This document shows, piece after piece, positions 49,936 through 58,217 of a stretch of 64,000 nt of DNA. Source of the stretch: Acidimicrobiales bacterium (GTDB taxonomy: Bacteria; Actinomycetota; Acidimicrobiia; Acidimicrobiales; RAAP-2); NCBI GenBank assembly GCA_035533495.1, contig DATLTW010000074.1, positions 25,006 through 89,005 of the forward strand, written 5' to 3'. A model generated the notes under the pieces. It was not told the DNA's origin and did not search any database. It was given only the letters and a program-made list of their open reading frames with translations. Position 1 is the first letter of the stretch. Every line of letters starts with the position of its first letter. The position numbers were made by a program, and so were the translations under genes.

Positions 49936-50538
49936 TTGCATGCACGATTCGATCCTGTAAAGGAGACTCGTTGGAGCAAGGTCGTGAGTTGCTCCGCCGC
50001 GTTAACCATCGTCGCGACTCTCGGTATCTGGGGTCTCTCGAGTCCCACGATCTCGTCCGCTTCAACGACGCCGACGTGCGCGACGTCGGACCTCGTGGTG
50101 TGGCTCAACACCACGGCGAGCGGCGCCGCTGGTAGCGACTACTACCACGTCAATTTCACCAATATCCCGTCACACTCATGCGCCCTTGAGGGCTATCCCG
50201 GAGTGTTGGGAATTTCGTTTCCGAACACCCCGCTCGGCAGCGCCGTCGCACACGACGCGGTTCACCCGGCCAGACTGTTCACGCTCGCCAGCGCGCGTAG
50301 CGCGACAGGTCTAGCAGCATCGAACTCGCACAACTCCGTGACGGCGATTCTTCAGTTGACTGACGTGGGCAACTACTCAGCGACAAAGTGCCCACCTGTC
50401 ACCGCCGTGGGGCTACGCGTCAATCCCCCGGGACAGACCGCGACGAGTTTGATCCCCTATCCCTTCGTGGCGTGCTCGAAGACCGGATCGCACTACCTAC
50501 ACGTCGAGGCGATTCAGAAATACGTAGCGACTCAGTAG
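49936..50538 (+). CDS. Secreted DUF4232-like protein (start uncertain)
   Basis: Hydrophobic signal-like N-terminus; C....L, GAAG..Y....TN...C.L.GYP.V, C, PPG pattern. Confidence 0.72.
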   Translation: MHARFDPVKETRWSKVVSCSAALTIVATLGIWGLSSPTISSASTTPTCATSDLVVWLNTTASGAAGSDYYHVNFTNIPSHSCALEGYPGVLGISFPNTPLGSAVAHDAVHPARLFTLASARSATGLAASNSHNSVTAILQLTDVGNYSATKCPPVTAVGLRVNPPGQTATSLIPYPFVACSKTGSHYLHVEAIQKYVATQ

Positions 50539-50599
50539 TCGACTCCGGGTCCAGATCCTCGACGTAGCGTCGAGAGATAAGGATCCGGCTCCGTGCTCG

Positions 50600-50642
50600 G
50601 TGGGCGCTGCAGAACTCGAACCTGCGACCTCAACCCTGCGAA
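50600..50642 (-). repeat. Degenerate copy of the tRNA-Val 3' half (outer attR-like site)
   Basis: 39/43 identical to 55981-56023. Confidence 0.9.
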
Positions 50643-50737
50643 AGTGCTCCGATACTTTCAATGAGGCGACGTCGTCCGGCCCGACACCACGTGTCCGGGA
50701 ACGAAGACCTTACGGCGCGACAATGGAAAACATCACA

Positions 50738-50768
50738 CGACGCGATTTGTGGAGCATTTTGTGAGGCA
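50738..50768. repeat. 31-bp motif, copy 1 (putative recombinase arm-type sites)
   Basis: CGACGCGATTTGTGGAGCATTTTGTGAGGCA, identical to 54555-54585; contains a TTTGTG direct repeat. Confidence 0.85.
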
Positions 50769-50876
50769 GTACGACCGCAGACATAGGTGAATCCGGCCCC
50801 GAGCGGGTCACCAACCCATGTCACGCGAGACCGTGACCCGGCGGCGATGCCTAGGTCGCGCCTCGAAGGTGGACCG

Positions 50877-51311
50877 ATGGCGTCGGTCAAGCAGATCCAA
50901 GTTGCCTTCGACTGCGCAGAACCCGAGCGCGTCGCTCTATTCTGGTGCGAGGTGCTGGGGTACGTCGTACCGCCGCCGCCGGAGGGATTTGCTACGTGGG
51001 ACGATTTCGAGCGTGCACTGCCGCCTGAGCATCGGGGTTCAGCGTTCGCGTGCATTGATCCCTCAGGTGTTGGTCCGCGACTGTACTTCCAGCGCGTTCC
51101 AGAAGGCAAGGTCGTCAAGAATCGGCTGCACCTTGACGTGCGGGTGGCGATCGGGCTCGTGGGTGAAGAGCGCCTGGCCGCGTTGAAAGCCGAATGCGCA
51201 CGATTGGTCGAACTCGGCGCGGCACGCGTACGACTACTGCATGCCGATGGCATCAACGAATCGTGCCTCGTGATGCAGGACATCGAGGGCAACGAGTTCT
51301 GTCTCGACTGA
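50877..51311 (+). CDS. VOC/glyoxalase-like protein
   Basis: FDCAEP...FW, FQRVPEGK..KNRLHLDV, DIEGNEFC. Confidence 0.92.
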   Translation: MASVKQIQVAFDCAEPERVALFWCEVLGYVVPPPPEGFATWDDFERALPPEHRGSAFACIDPSGVGPRLYFQRVPEGKVVKNRLHLDVRVAIGLVGEERLAALKAECARLVELGAARVRLLHADGINESCLVMQDIEGNEFCLD

Positions 51312-51391
51312 GTGGCCGCGATCGTGCTTGAGTCGACGCCGATAATCCTCTCCAGGGTCATATCCAGGGAGAATCCCAAAGACAGCGCTGC

Positions 51392-51613
51392 CTACAACAA
51401 ATCGATGAATTGGCTCACGGTAATCCCGGACTGTCGAAGAATTGCCGAGAGTGTCCCTCGAGCGAGTTCCCGGTGAATCGGGACAATAACCGTTCTGCCT
51501 TCTTGATCACGAAGTTTCACGTGGCTACCTCGCTGACCGACTTGTTCGAAGCCAATCTTCCCAAGTGCCGTGACGACCTCTTGGCCGGAAACAACAGGTA
51601 GCGCGGGACTCAC
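51392..51613 (-). CDS. hicA: HicA-family mRNA interferase toxin
   Basis: L.K.GF....RGSH, VP.H.EL..GTL..IL.Q. Confidence 0.92.
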   Translation of the reverse strand: MSPALPVVSGQEVVTALGKIGFEQVGQRGSHVKLRDQEGRTVIVPIHRELARGTLSAILRQSGITVSQFIDLL

Positions 51614-51810
51614 GCAGGAATCAGGACAGTGGTAATGATCGGTGGCTCAAGCGAGTCGGGAAGATCCTCCCCTTCGAAGTACAAACCGAGTGCTTCTTCG
51701 AGATTCGCAACAGCGCCTTCAACAGTCTCGCCTTGACTGACGACGTCGACGTCGAGGCACCTCGCGACATACCAAGGTGCTTCGTGAGTGACTGCGACAG
51801 TGAACTTCAT
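51610..51810 (-). CDS. hicB: HicB-family antitoxin (no DNA-binding domain)
   Basis: YVA.C....SQGETVE.A..NL.EAL.LY; 66 aa from ATG 51810; overlaps the hicA start. Confidence 0.9.
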   Translation of the reverse strand: MKFTVAVTHEAPWYVARCLDVDVVSQGETVEGAVANLEEALGLYFEGEDLPDSLEPPIITTVLIPA

Positions 51811-52078
51811 AATCCAAATCGTACCAGCGACCTGTGTCATAAGGTCGGAGTGGACCGTAGCGGCCGGCTTTCAAACCATTCCCGTCTCCTTACCGGACTG
51901 ATCAAACACGCTGAAGACATTGGCGCAAGCGAAAACGTGAAACTATTCGTCAAATGGAAATACGTTGTACGACTGACAACGATGCGCGGGCCCTAGCGGA
52001 CAGCTTTCAAACCTTTCTCTGCCGCTCGCCGATCCGATCGAATAAATCGAACAAACTGTGCGCGTTCAAAGTGGACAA

Positions 52079-53491
52079 CTAGACGAGCAGGGCCTCAAGT
52101 TGTGCGCGGTCCGGGCCCGGAATCACGTAAGTCGGATTCTGTCCAGCGACCTCTAGCACCCGTTCGATGACGCCAGGGCGTGCGAACAACTCACTGGGCT
52201 GCGTCAGACACGAACCGAGTTCTGAACTCCAGGCGAGGACCTGAGGGTCGTAGTGCGCCGCCGAGGAGAAGGCCCGTGCAACAGCCACTGAAGAATCGGA
52301 GGGGTCGTGAGGATCGGGTTCACCCAACCGCAGCGCTTCGACCTCGGGGCCCCGGACCCGGTCGAATTGCACCGTGGCGTCGTGCCACGGCACCGCCTCT
52401 CGCCTCGTCGTCTCATCCCACGCCGTCGCGAGCTCCTTCGGATGGCCCACGTTCGCCACCACCACGTCGCTAAGTGCGACGGCGTGATTCAGTCCTAGAA
52501 ATATGCCCCGACCGATTGACGGATTCGTGAAGCCCCAGGCGTCCCCGATGGGCAACAGACCAGTGGCGCAAGGGCGACCGTCGACCACGAACTGACGAGT
52601 GGTGTTCGCGGTACTGACCATCGAGTTGACCTCGGTCACCGCCTCGCCGTCAATCCAATGCGCGTGGTGGGGCATCGAGCGCACCACCTTGTCGAAGACA
52701 TCGGGGTCACGCACCTTTCGCATCGGCTTGTCCTTCGGCGAGTGATAGATCGTCACACTCCAATGGTCGCGATCGCCCGGCACGGTGAGCACCGAGATCG
52801 ATCCCATCGGCGACAAAAGTGGGGCACGGTACTCGGGCTGGTTCAGCCCCTGGAAGTATCGCGTGTTGTACACGAAACCGTACTCCTCGGAATGCTCAGG
52901 CGGCCTAAGTCCCCCCGCCGCCTCAATCAAAGATGAGAACGGGCTGCGACGTCCAGCCACGTCAAGCACAAGATCCGCGGTCACCACCTCACCTGACTCG
53001 GTCTTGACGCCAATTACGTGTGGCACATCGCGTACCACTTCGGGACCGAGGACCAGTTCGGTCACCGGACAGTTGTAGCGAATCTCGACGTCGGGGCACG
53101 CCCTTGCCGCGGCCGCGAAACCGAACTCCAACACCGGGCGACGACACGTCGAGCGAGTGAAGAACCTTGAGAAGTCGACGCCACCGGCCCCACCCGGCAG
53201 ATTTCGAGCCAGCTGCTCGGCAACGTTGAACTGCCCCACGCCAGCCGCGACCAGTTGATCGATCACGCTCGGCAGTTGGTCTTCGAGAAGCGCCCTCGCG
53301 CCAGGCAGAAGGAGATGGACTTGGTGGAACTGGGCCACGCTCCGCCTCTCCCACAGGTCCCACGCTTGCTCCACGTCAACGGGAGGAGGGTTGTCTCGAT
53401 CGAGCACGACGACGTCCATGCCACGCGCGGCGAGGAGCATCGCCGCTGACAGGCCCGTGGGGCCACCTCCCACCACCACAACCCGAGTCAT
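52079..53491 (-). CDS. FAD-dependent oxidoreductase/monooxygenase
   Basis: VVVGGGPTGL, D..GRRS, IGDA...TNP..GRG. Confidence 0.88.
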   Translation of the reverse strand: MTRVVVVGGGPTGLSAAMLLAARGMDVVVLDRDNPPPVDVEQAWDLWERRSVAQFHQVHLLLPGARALLEDQLPSVIDQLVAAGVGQFNVAEQLARNLPGGAGGVDFSRFFTRSTCRRPVLEFGFAAAARACPDVEIRYNCPVTELVLGPEVVRDVPHVIGVKTESGEVVTADLVLDVAGRRSPFSSLIEAAGGLRPPEHSEEYGFVYNTRYFQGLNQPEYRAPLLSPMGSISVLTVPGDRDHWSVTIYHSPKDKPMRKVRDPDVFDKVVRSMPHHAHWIDGEAVTEVNSMVSTANTTRQFVVDGRPCATGLLPIGDAWGFTNPSIGRGIFLGLNHAVALSDVVVANVGHPKELATAWDETTRREAVPWHDATVQFDRVRGPEVEALRLGEPDPHDPSDSSVAVARAFSSAAHYDPQVLAWSSELGSCLTQPSELFARPGVIERVLEVAGQNPTYVIPGPDRAQLEALLV

Positions 53492-53550
53492 GAATACTCC
53501 CCCGAAATCACCTTGCGACAGAGACTATCGGTGGGTGTCAGACTCTGCTG

Positions 53551-54285
53551 GTGATTGTTTTCGTCCACGGAGTCCCCGAAACCGCTCGACTGTGGGACGG
53601 CGTGCGGGCGGCGATCGGCATGGAGTCGCTCGCACTGACCATGCCCGGATTTGGTTGTGAGCGCCCCGAGGGCTTCGGTGCCACGAAGGACGACTACGTC
53701 AGCTGGTTGGTCGAAGAACTCGACCGGATCGTCGAGCCCGTTCATCTGGTGGGCCACGACTGGGGTGCGGCCCTGACCTACCGCGTCGCCACCGCGTACG
53801 GCGACCAGTTGGCCAGCTGGAGCGCGGACGTCGCAAACGTCATGCACCCTGATTACGTGTGGCACGATCTCGCGAGGTTCTGGCAGACCCCCGGGGCGGG
53901 CGAGTCGCTACTGGCCGACCAACGCGCCACTTCGGTCGAGATACGGGCTGCGCGCTTCGAGACCTTGGGTGTCAACCACGATGATGCCGTGGCGATGGCC
54001 GGCGCCGTAGATGAGACCATGGGATCGTGCATCCTCGATCTCTATCGCTCCGCGCTTCCCAACCCTTACGCCCATTGGCGCGACAAATGGGGCCCCACGG
54101 CGGCTCCAGGTATGGTGCTCTGGCCGAGTGCGGACCCCTTCGGCGACGAATCCATGTCGATCGAGGTGGCGGCGGGCCTCGGTGCGCATCACGAGACACT
54201 CGAGGGCATGGGTCACTGGTGGCCGCTGCAGGCTCCGGCCCAGGCCGCCGTAGTGCTCGCCAGTTATATCTCATCGATCAACTAG
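53551..54285 (+). CDS. Alpha/beta hydrolase (epoxide hydrolase/dehalogenase-like)
   Basis: VHGVPET, GHDWG (Asp nucleophile), GHWWP. Confidence 0.88.
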   Translation: MIVFVHGVPETARLWDGVRAAIGMESLALTMPGFGCERPEGFGATKDDYVSWLVEELDRIVEPVHLVGHDWGAALTYRVATAYGDQLASWSADVANVMHPDYVWHDLARFWQTPGAGESLLADQRATSVEIRAARFETLGVNHDDAVAMAGAVDETMGSCILDLYRSALPNPYAHWRDKWGPTAAPGMVLWPSADPFGDESMSIEVAAGLGAHHETLEGMGHWWPLQAPAQAAVVLASYISSIN

Positions 54286-54416
54286 GCACAAGGGCGACCG
54301 CACTAAAACAGTTGCGAATTCGATCAGTTGCTCGTCCACCACGTTGGAAACTTCAAGAGGCGGGGTGAACTGACTGCGCCAAGCGAAGGAGAGCGTTGTA
54401 AATCTGACAACGGTGC

Positions 54417-54459
54417 GTGGGCGCTGCAGGACTCGAACCTGCGACCTCAGCCGTGTGAA
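54417..54459 (-). repeat. Perfect copy of the tRNA-Val 3' half (inner attR-like site)
   Basis: 43/43 identical to 55981-56023; identity ends in the anticodon loop. Confidence 0.93.
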
Positions 54460-54554
54460 AGTGTTAAGAACCTTTGCACCAGACGATGCGACACGACGGC
54501 ATAGCACTTGACGAGGAACAATGACAACGCGAGACGACGTGAGAAATCTGCACG

Positions 54555-54585
54555 CGACGCGATTTGTGGAGCATTTTGTGAGGCA
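54555..54585. repeat. 31-bp motif, copy 2
   Basis: Identical to 50738-50768, at the same 138-bp offset from its tRNA fragment. Confidence 0.85.
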
Positions 54586-54754
54586 AGATAACACTGCAAG
54601 CAATCGACCGAAGTGTTAGCTCCACCGCACGAGGATCTGTGAAGCGCCAAAGAACGATGCAACGATTTGGTTCGCTAATACGACCTCAAGAGATGAATTA
54701 ACGGAATCTCCAAACGACTGGGAATCACACCTATGTCCACGAATGTCTTCGAAA

Positions 54755-55186
54755 CTAATCTCGAATCACTTCGACGTCGACTTGGAGCGCCCTGTACACG
54801 GGAAGAGCTCGTGCATCTCGGGTGAGAAGGACCAGACCACTCTCGGCTGCTGCGGCTCCAATGAGCGCATCGTACACCGATCCACCGGCGATTCCCAGGC
54901 TCGCGAATTTTGGCAAAAGTCCTTCGGTGGCCAACGTTGTCAGGTACTTGATCGATGGGAAATTCGCGCTTATTAGCCGAACTGCCGCCTCCGGTGATCG
55001 CCGAGCAGGCGGGGGCAGACGCGTCAGGACCGAGAATGTCTCGAATGCGGCATGACCCGCCAGACCCAAACTGCGGTTGCCAATGGCACGCAGTGTGGCT
55101 GCGTGGTGCTCATGATCCTCCACAACAATGGCGATTGCCACACTCGTGTCCACTAGAGCGTCCACACCACTACTTTTGATCGGCAT
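54755..55186 (-). CDS. vapC: VapC/PIN-domain toxin
   Basis: LVDTS, E, YDALI and TRD acidic tetrad; overlaps the antitoxin. Confidence 0.9.
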   Translation of the reverse strand: MPIKSSGVDALVDTSVAIAIVVEDHEHHAATLRAIGNRSLGLAGHAAFETFSVLTRLPPPARRSPEAAVRLISANFPSIKYLTTLATEGLLPKFASLGIAGGSVYDALIGAAAAESGLVLLTRDARALPVYRALQVDVEVIRD

Positions 55187-55403
55187 CCCTCAACTCCCGA
55201 ACAAACTCATCGGTGATGGTGGCATTGGAAGCAGGGATGACGAGGCGACCGCCTTTCTCAACGAGCGAATCGTCGAAGACCGGCTCGACGCGAAGTGACG
55301 CGCCGTCGGCCGTTATCTCAACTTCGCCGGAATGAAGTCCTAGTCGGTCCCGCAGCGCCTTCGGTACAACCAGGCGGCCTGCCTTATCAATGGTTGTTCT
55401 CAT
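55170..55403 (-). CDS. vapB: AbrB/MazE-type antitoxin
   Basis: MRTTIDKAGRLVVPKALRDRLGL; ATG 55403 is 6 nt after a TATACT -10. Confidence 0.9.
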   Translation of the reverse strand: MRTTIDKAGRLVVPKALRDRLGLHSGEVEITADGASLRVEPVFDDSLVEKGGRLVIPASNATITDEFVRELRDADQK

Positions 55404-55412
55404 CCCATCAGT

Positions 55413-55430
55413 ATACCAGATGAATGGTAT
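55413..55430. promoter_or_regulatory. Inverted repeat over the vapBC promoter (probable autorepression operator)
   Basis: ATACCA-N6-TGGTAT overlapping the -10 TATACT. Confidence 0.7.
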
Positions 55431-55532
55431 GAGATGATTATCCAACGCCAAATTCCTAGACGAACAGACTTGGATGGCATTTTTGGCTCATCGAAGTGCT
55501 GGCGCCGTACGCCTTATTATCGCGGCTCGGGC

Positions 55533-55877
55533 TTAGGAGTCAGCTCGTAGCAACTGCTCGTCCAGTCGGAGCCACGTGATCCCCGCGGCATCGGCTGGCG
55601 GAGTGGTGTCGCGCATGATTCGGTGGAGTGCGCCGGTAGCCAGTTCTTCGGCGAGCCAGAGCTTCTCGTGGACGTCTTCGCCAGGTGCCTTGGCGCGGTA
55701 ACCGAAACGTGCATCCGGAAAGTCACTGTGCGAGAAGAAAAGCTCCACTCTCTAGCCACCGTCGCTGATAGTGGCGTCTGCCGCTTGCACCTGCGGTGCA
55801 CCGAGCTGGTGCGCAAAACCAACGAAGAGCTCGAAACTCGTCAGTTGCTCGTCGAGGGTACGCGCATTGGGCGTCAC
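55533..55877 (-). pseudogene. Hypothetical gene interrupted by an in-frame TAG (55752-55754)
   Basis: Two ORF-track fragments share one frame (...TISDGG*RVELFF...); GTG 55877 lies 7 nt after a TAAGAT -10. Confidence 0.6.
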
Positions 55878-55981
55878 CTTCGAAATCTTAGGGGGTATCG
55901 TTTTCCGAATTAGCGCACCCCGCGGAAATCCGATGAACCTGTAATACTGACAACGAGTGATCACTGCAGTGGGCGCTGCAG

Positions 55982-56055
55982 TGGGCGCTGCAGGACTCGA
56001 ACCTGCGACCTCAGCCGTGTGAAGGCTGCGCTCTAACCAACTGAGCTAAGCGCCC
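55982..56055 (-). tRNA. tRNA-Val(CAC)
   Basis: GGGCGCT/AGCGCCC acceptor stem, AGCTCAGTTGGTTAGAGC D-arm, CAGCC-TTCACAC-GGCTG anticodon arm, GGTTCGAGTCC T-loop; CCA not encoded. Confidence 0.97.
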
Positions 56056-56118
56056 GGGAGACTCATGTTACCGGCTTACAAAGATGACGACATTTGCCTC
56101 GCGTTGTAGCCTTCAGCC

Positions 56119-56784
56119 GTGCCAGAAAACCCTGACTCGACGTCCCCGCTAACGTCGCGACTACGTCGGGCCCGACGTCCCTCGGTGGCCCCCCGAGAGA
56201 TGGTCCTCGGCCTCGATAGTTTTGAGCGAAAGATCAGCCTCGTGGGCGCGGGCACCGCCTTGATTTTCGCTCTCGCGACGGTGGTCGAATGGGTGCGCAA
56301 CGCCGCCACCATCGTCACGCTGACCCCCTCCAAGACCAACACCTGTACGAACGGTTATCACTTCGTGAAGGTGACCTCGCTCTGTGAAAAAGTGACCCAC
56401 ACCTCGCGCAGCGAGTGGGAGGTGCGATTCCTCTTCATCACCGTCGTGGCCCTTTGCATTCTGTACTTCGCCCTTCGCCGCAAACGCGCCGGCGTGGCCT
56501 GTTTCTCCATCTTCTTGGGCTTGGGCCTTGGGGTCAGCACCGGACTCGTCTTTTTCTTCTTAGGTGCGTGGCTGATCGTGCGGGCGTATCGACTCCAGAA
56601 ATATGGTGACGCGAGTTTCTTTGGTTCAAACCGGGTGGCCAAGGAGACCGGACAAGCCAAACGCGCGGATCGCGTGAGCAGATCGACTGCCAAGACCGAG
56701 GCCGCACGAGCCACGCCAAAACCCGCCGCGCCACCGGCGGCCTCAAAGCGATACACCCCGAAAAAGCCTCCTCGCCGCCGCTGA
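56119..56784 (+). CDS. Hypothetical membrane protein with basic C-terminal tail
   Basis: About four hydrophobic segments; TAGCCT -10 is 6 nt before the GTG; heads a short operon with the acyltransferase. Confidence 0.75.
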   Translation: MPENPDSTSPLTSRLRRARRPSVAPREMVLGLDSFERKISLVGAGTALIFALATVVEWVRNAATIVTLTPSKTNTCTNGYHFVKVTSLCEKVTHTSRSEWEVRFLFITVVALCILYFALRRKRAGVACFSIFLGLGLGVSTGLVFFFLGAWLIVRAYRLQKYGDASFFGSNRVAKETGQAKRADRVSRSTAKTEAARATPKPAAPPAASKRYTPKKPPRRR

Positions 56785-56787
56785 ATC

Positions 56788-57522
56788 ATGACCAGATTAG
56801 GCATGGACTATCCAACGAAGTGGGGCCGTGGCTACAGCGCGCGTTTCGCGCGAAACGTCATCCACAGCTACCTCATGGGACCCTACGTCCGCTACCTCAC
56901 GACGCTCGAGGTTCGGGGCGTCACGAACATTGTGGGTAAAGGACCCTTCATCTTCGTCGCCAACCACTCGAGTAACGCCGACACCATCATTCTCCTGTCG
57001 GCGCTGCCGGTCGAGGTTCGCCGGCGCACGATCGTCGCCGCGGCGATGGACAGCTTTTTCATGAACGCCCGTGACGCCTTCAAAACCGTGCTGGTCTACA
57101 ACGCGATCCCCGTCGACCGGCTAAGGGTCAATCGGCGCAGCGCCCAACTGGCGCTCGAACTCGTCGAAGACGACTGGAATCTCGTGATCTACCCCGAGGG
57201 CGGTCGCACGCCTGACGGCAACCTGCATGAGTTCAAGGGCGGCGCGGCGTACCTGGCGGAGCGTTCGAAGGCGATGGTCATCCCGACCTATCTTCACGAA
57301 GCCGGAATGCTCAAAGGACCCAAGTACGCCAAGGCGCCCCAGTACGTCGACTCACCCAGTCAGCGTCGTCATCACGTCATCGTGGCCTTTGGATCGTCGA
57401 TGCATTGCGACGAGGGCGAGAACATGCGACGCTTCAACGTTCGAATTCAACACGCGGTGTCCGCTCTCGGCCGTGAGGTGAGCGGCGACCCGACTTACGG
57501 GACAATCGTCGACGACCATTAG
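56788..57522 (+). CDS. Lysophospholipid acyltransferase (PlsC family)
   Basis: NHSSNAD (Hx4D), YPEGGRT, FKGGAA. Confidence 0.9.
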   Translation: MTRLGMDYPTKWGRGYSARFARNVIHSYLMGPYVRYLTTLEVRGVTNIVGKGPFIFVANHSSNADTIILLSALPVEVRRRTIVAAAMDSFFMNARDAFKTVLVYNAIPVDRLRVNRRSAQLALELVEDDWNLVIYPEGGRTPDGNLHEFKGGAAYLAERSKAMVIPTYLHEAGMLKGPKYAKAPQYVDSPSQRRHHVIVAFGSSMHCDEGENMRRFNVRIQHAVSALGREVSGDPTYGTIVDDH

Positions 57523-58217
57523 CGTGCGAGCAGCGCTCGGCGCTCCTCGTAGAGTTGATCGGCCACCGTTGCCAGGGGTTCAAGCTCGAGACCGAGAACC
57601 CGCTCGAGCACCTCGTCGGCGAACCAGGGATTCATCGCCAACACCGGGCCGTGCGCGTAGCTCGCCCAAAGGGTGGACGTCGCAAAACCGTCGACGGCGC
57701 CGTCATTGCCGCGACCTCGCTCCACCGTGCCGAGCGCCTCGACGCCTGGACCCAATGTCGTACGTCCCCCGTGGTTCTCAAAGCCGACGAGGAGACGTCC
57801 GTTCCGCCGAACAAGGAGATCACCGACCGAGCGACTCTCCCCGCGGTGTGTCTTAATGTCCACGAGGCCCAGTCCTTCGAATTCGTCGTCGCCTTCGACG
57901 GCAAAGCTGGTGCCGAGAATCTGTAGTCCCGCACAGACCGCCAAGACGTAACCCCCGTCTCGGACCCTCGAAGAGAACGATGATCGGCGCAGTAAATCAG
58001 CCCCTAAACGTTGTGGACCATCTTCTCCCCCACCCAGGAGATAGATCGACGCGCCGGGCACTTCGTCGTCGATGCCCACGTTGATGATTTCAGCATTGAC
58101 GTTGCGGCGTCGCGCGCGCTCGGCCAAGACCAGAGCGTTGCCCCCGTCCCCGTAAGTTCCCAGCAGTTCGGGGTAAATGAGGCCGATGGTCAGCACGCGC
58201 GCGACCTTGTTCGCCAC
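57519..58217 (-). CDS. gatD: Lipid II isoglutaminyl synthase, glutaminase subunit
   Basis: YPELLGTYGD.GN, GGGED, VCAGLQ, GFENH.G, HGP. Confidence 0.92.
   Translation of the reverse strand: MANKVARVLTIGLIYPELLGTYGDGGNALVLAERARRRNVNAEIINVGIDDEVPGASIYLLGGGEDGPQRLGADLLRRSSFSSRVRDGGYVLAVCAGLQILGTSFAVEGDDEFEGLGLVDIKTHRGESRSVGDLLVRRNGRLLVGFENHGGRTTLGPGVEALGTVERGRGNDGAVDGFATSTLWASYAHGPVLAMNPWFADEVLERVLGLELEPLATVADQLYEERRALLAR

Larger units (their letters stand above)
50600..56023. mobile_element. Tandem genomic-island cassettes integrated at tRNA-Val(CAC); no integrase seen
   Basis: tRNA 3'-half copies at 50600, 54417 and 55981; accessory cargo with two TA systems. Confidence 0.8.

Noticed and set aside
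49631-49960. 109-aa ORF in the AT-rich intergenic region
   Set aside because: TTG start, atypical codon usage and no recognisable motif; more likely regulatory or decayed DNA
50600-55993. Repeated 43-bp unit as a CRISPR array or extra tRNA genes
   Set aside because: Copies are kilobases apart, are tRNA 3' halves lacking the D-arm and 5' acceptor strand, and no cas genes are present
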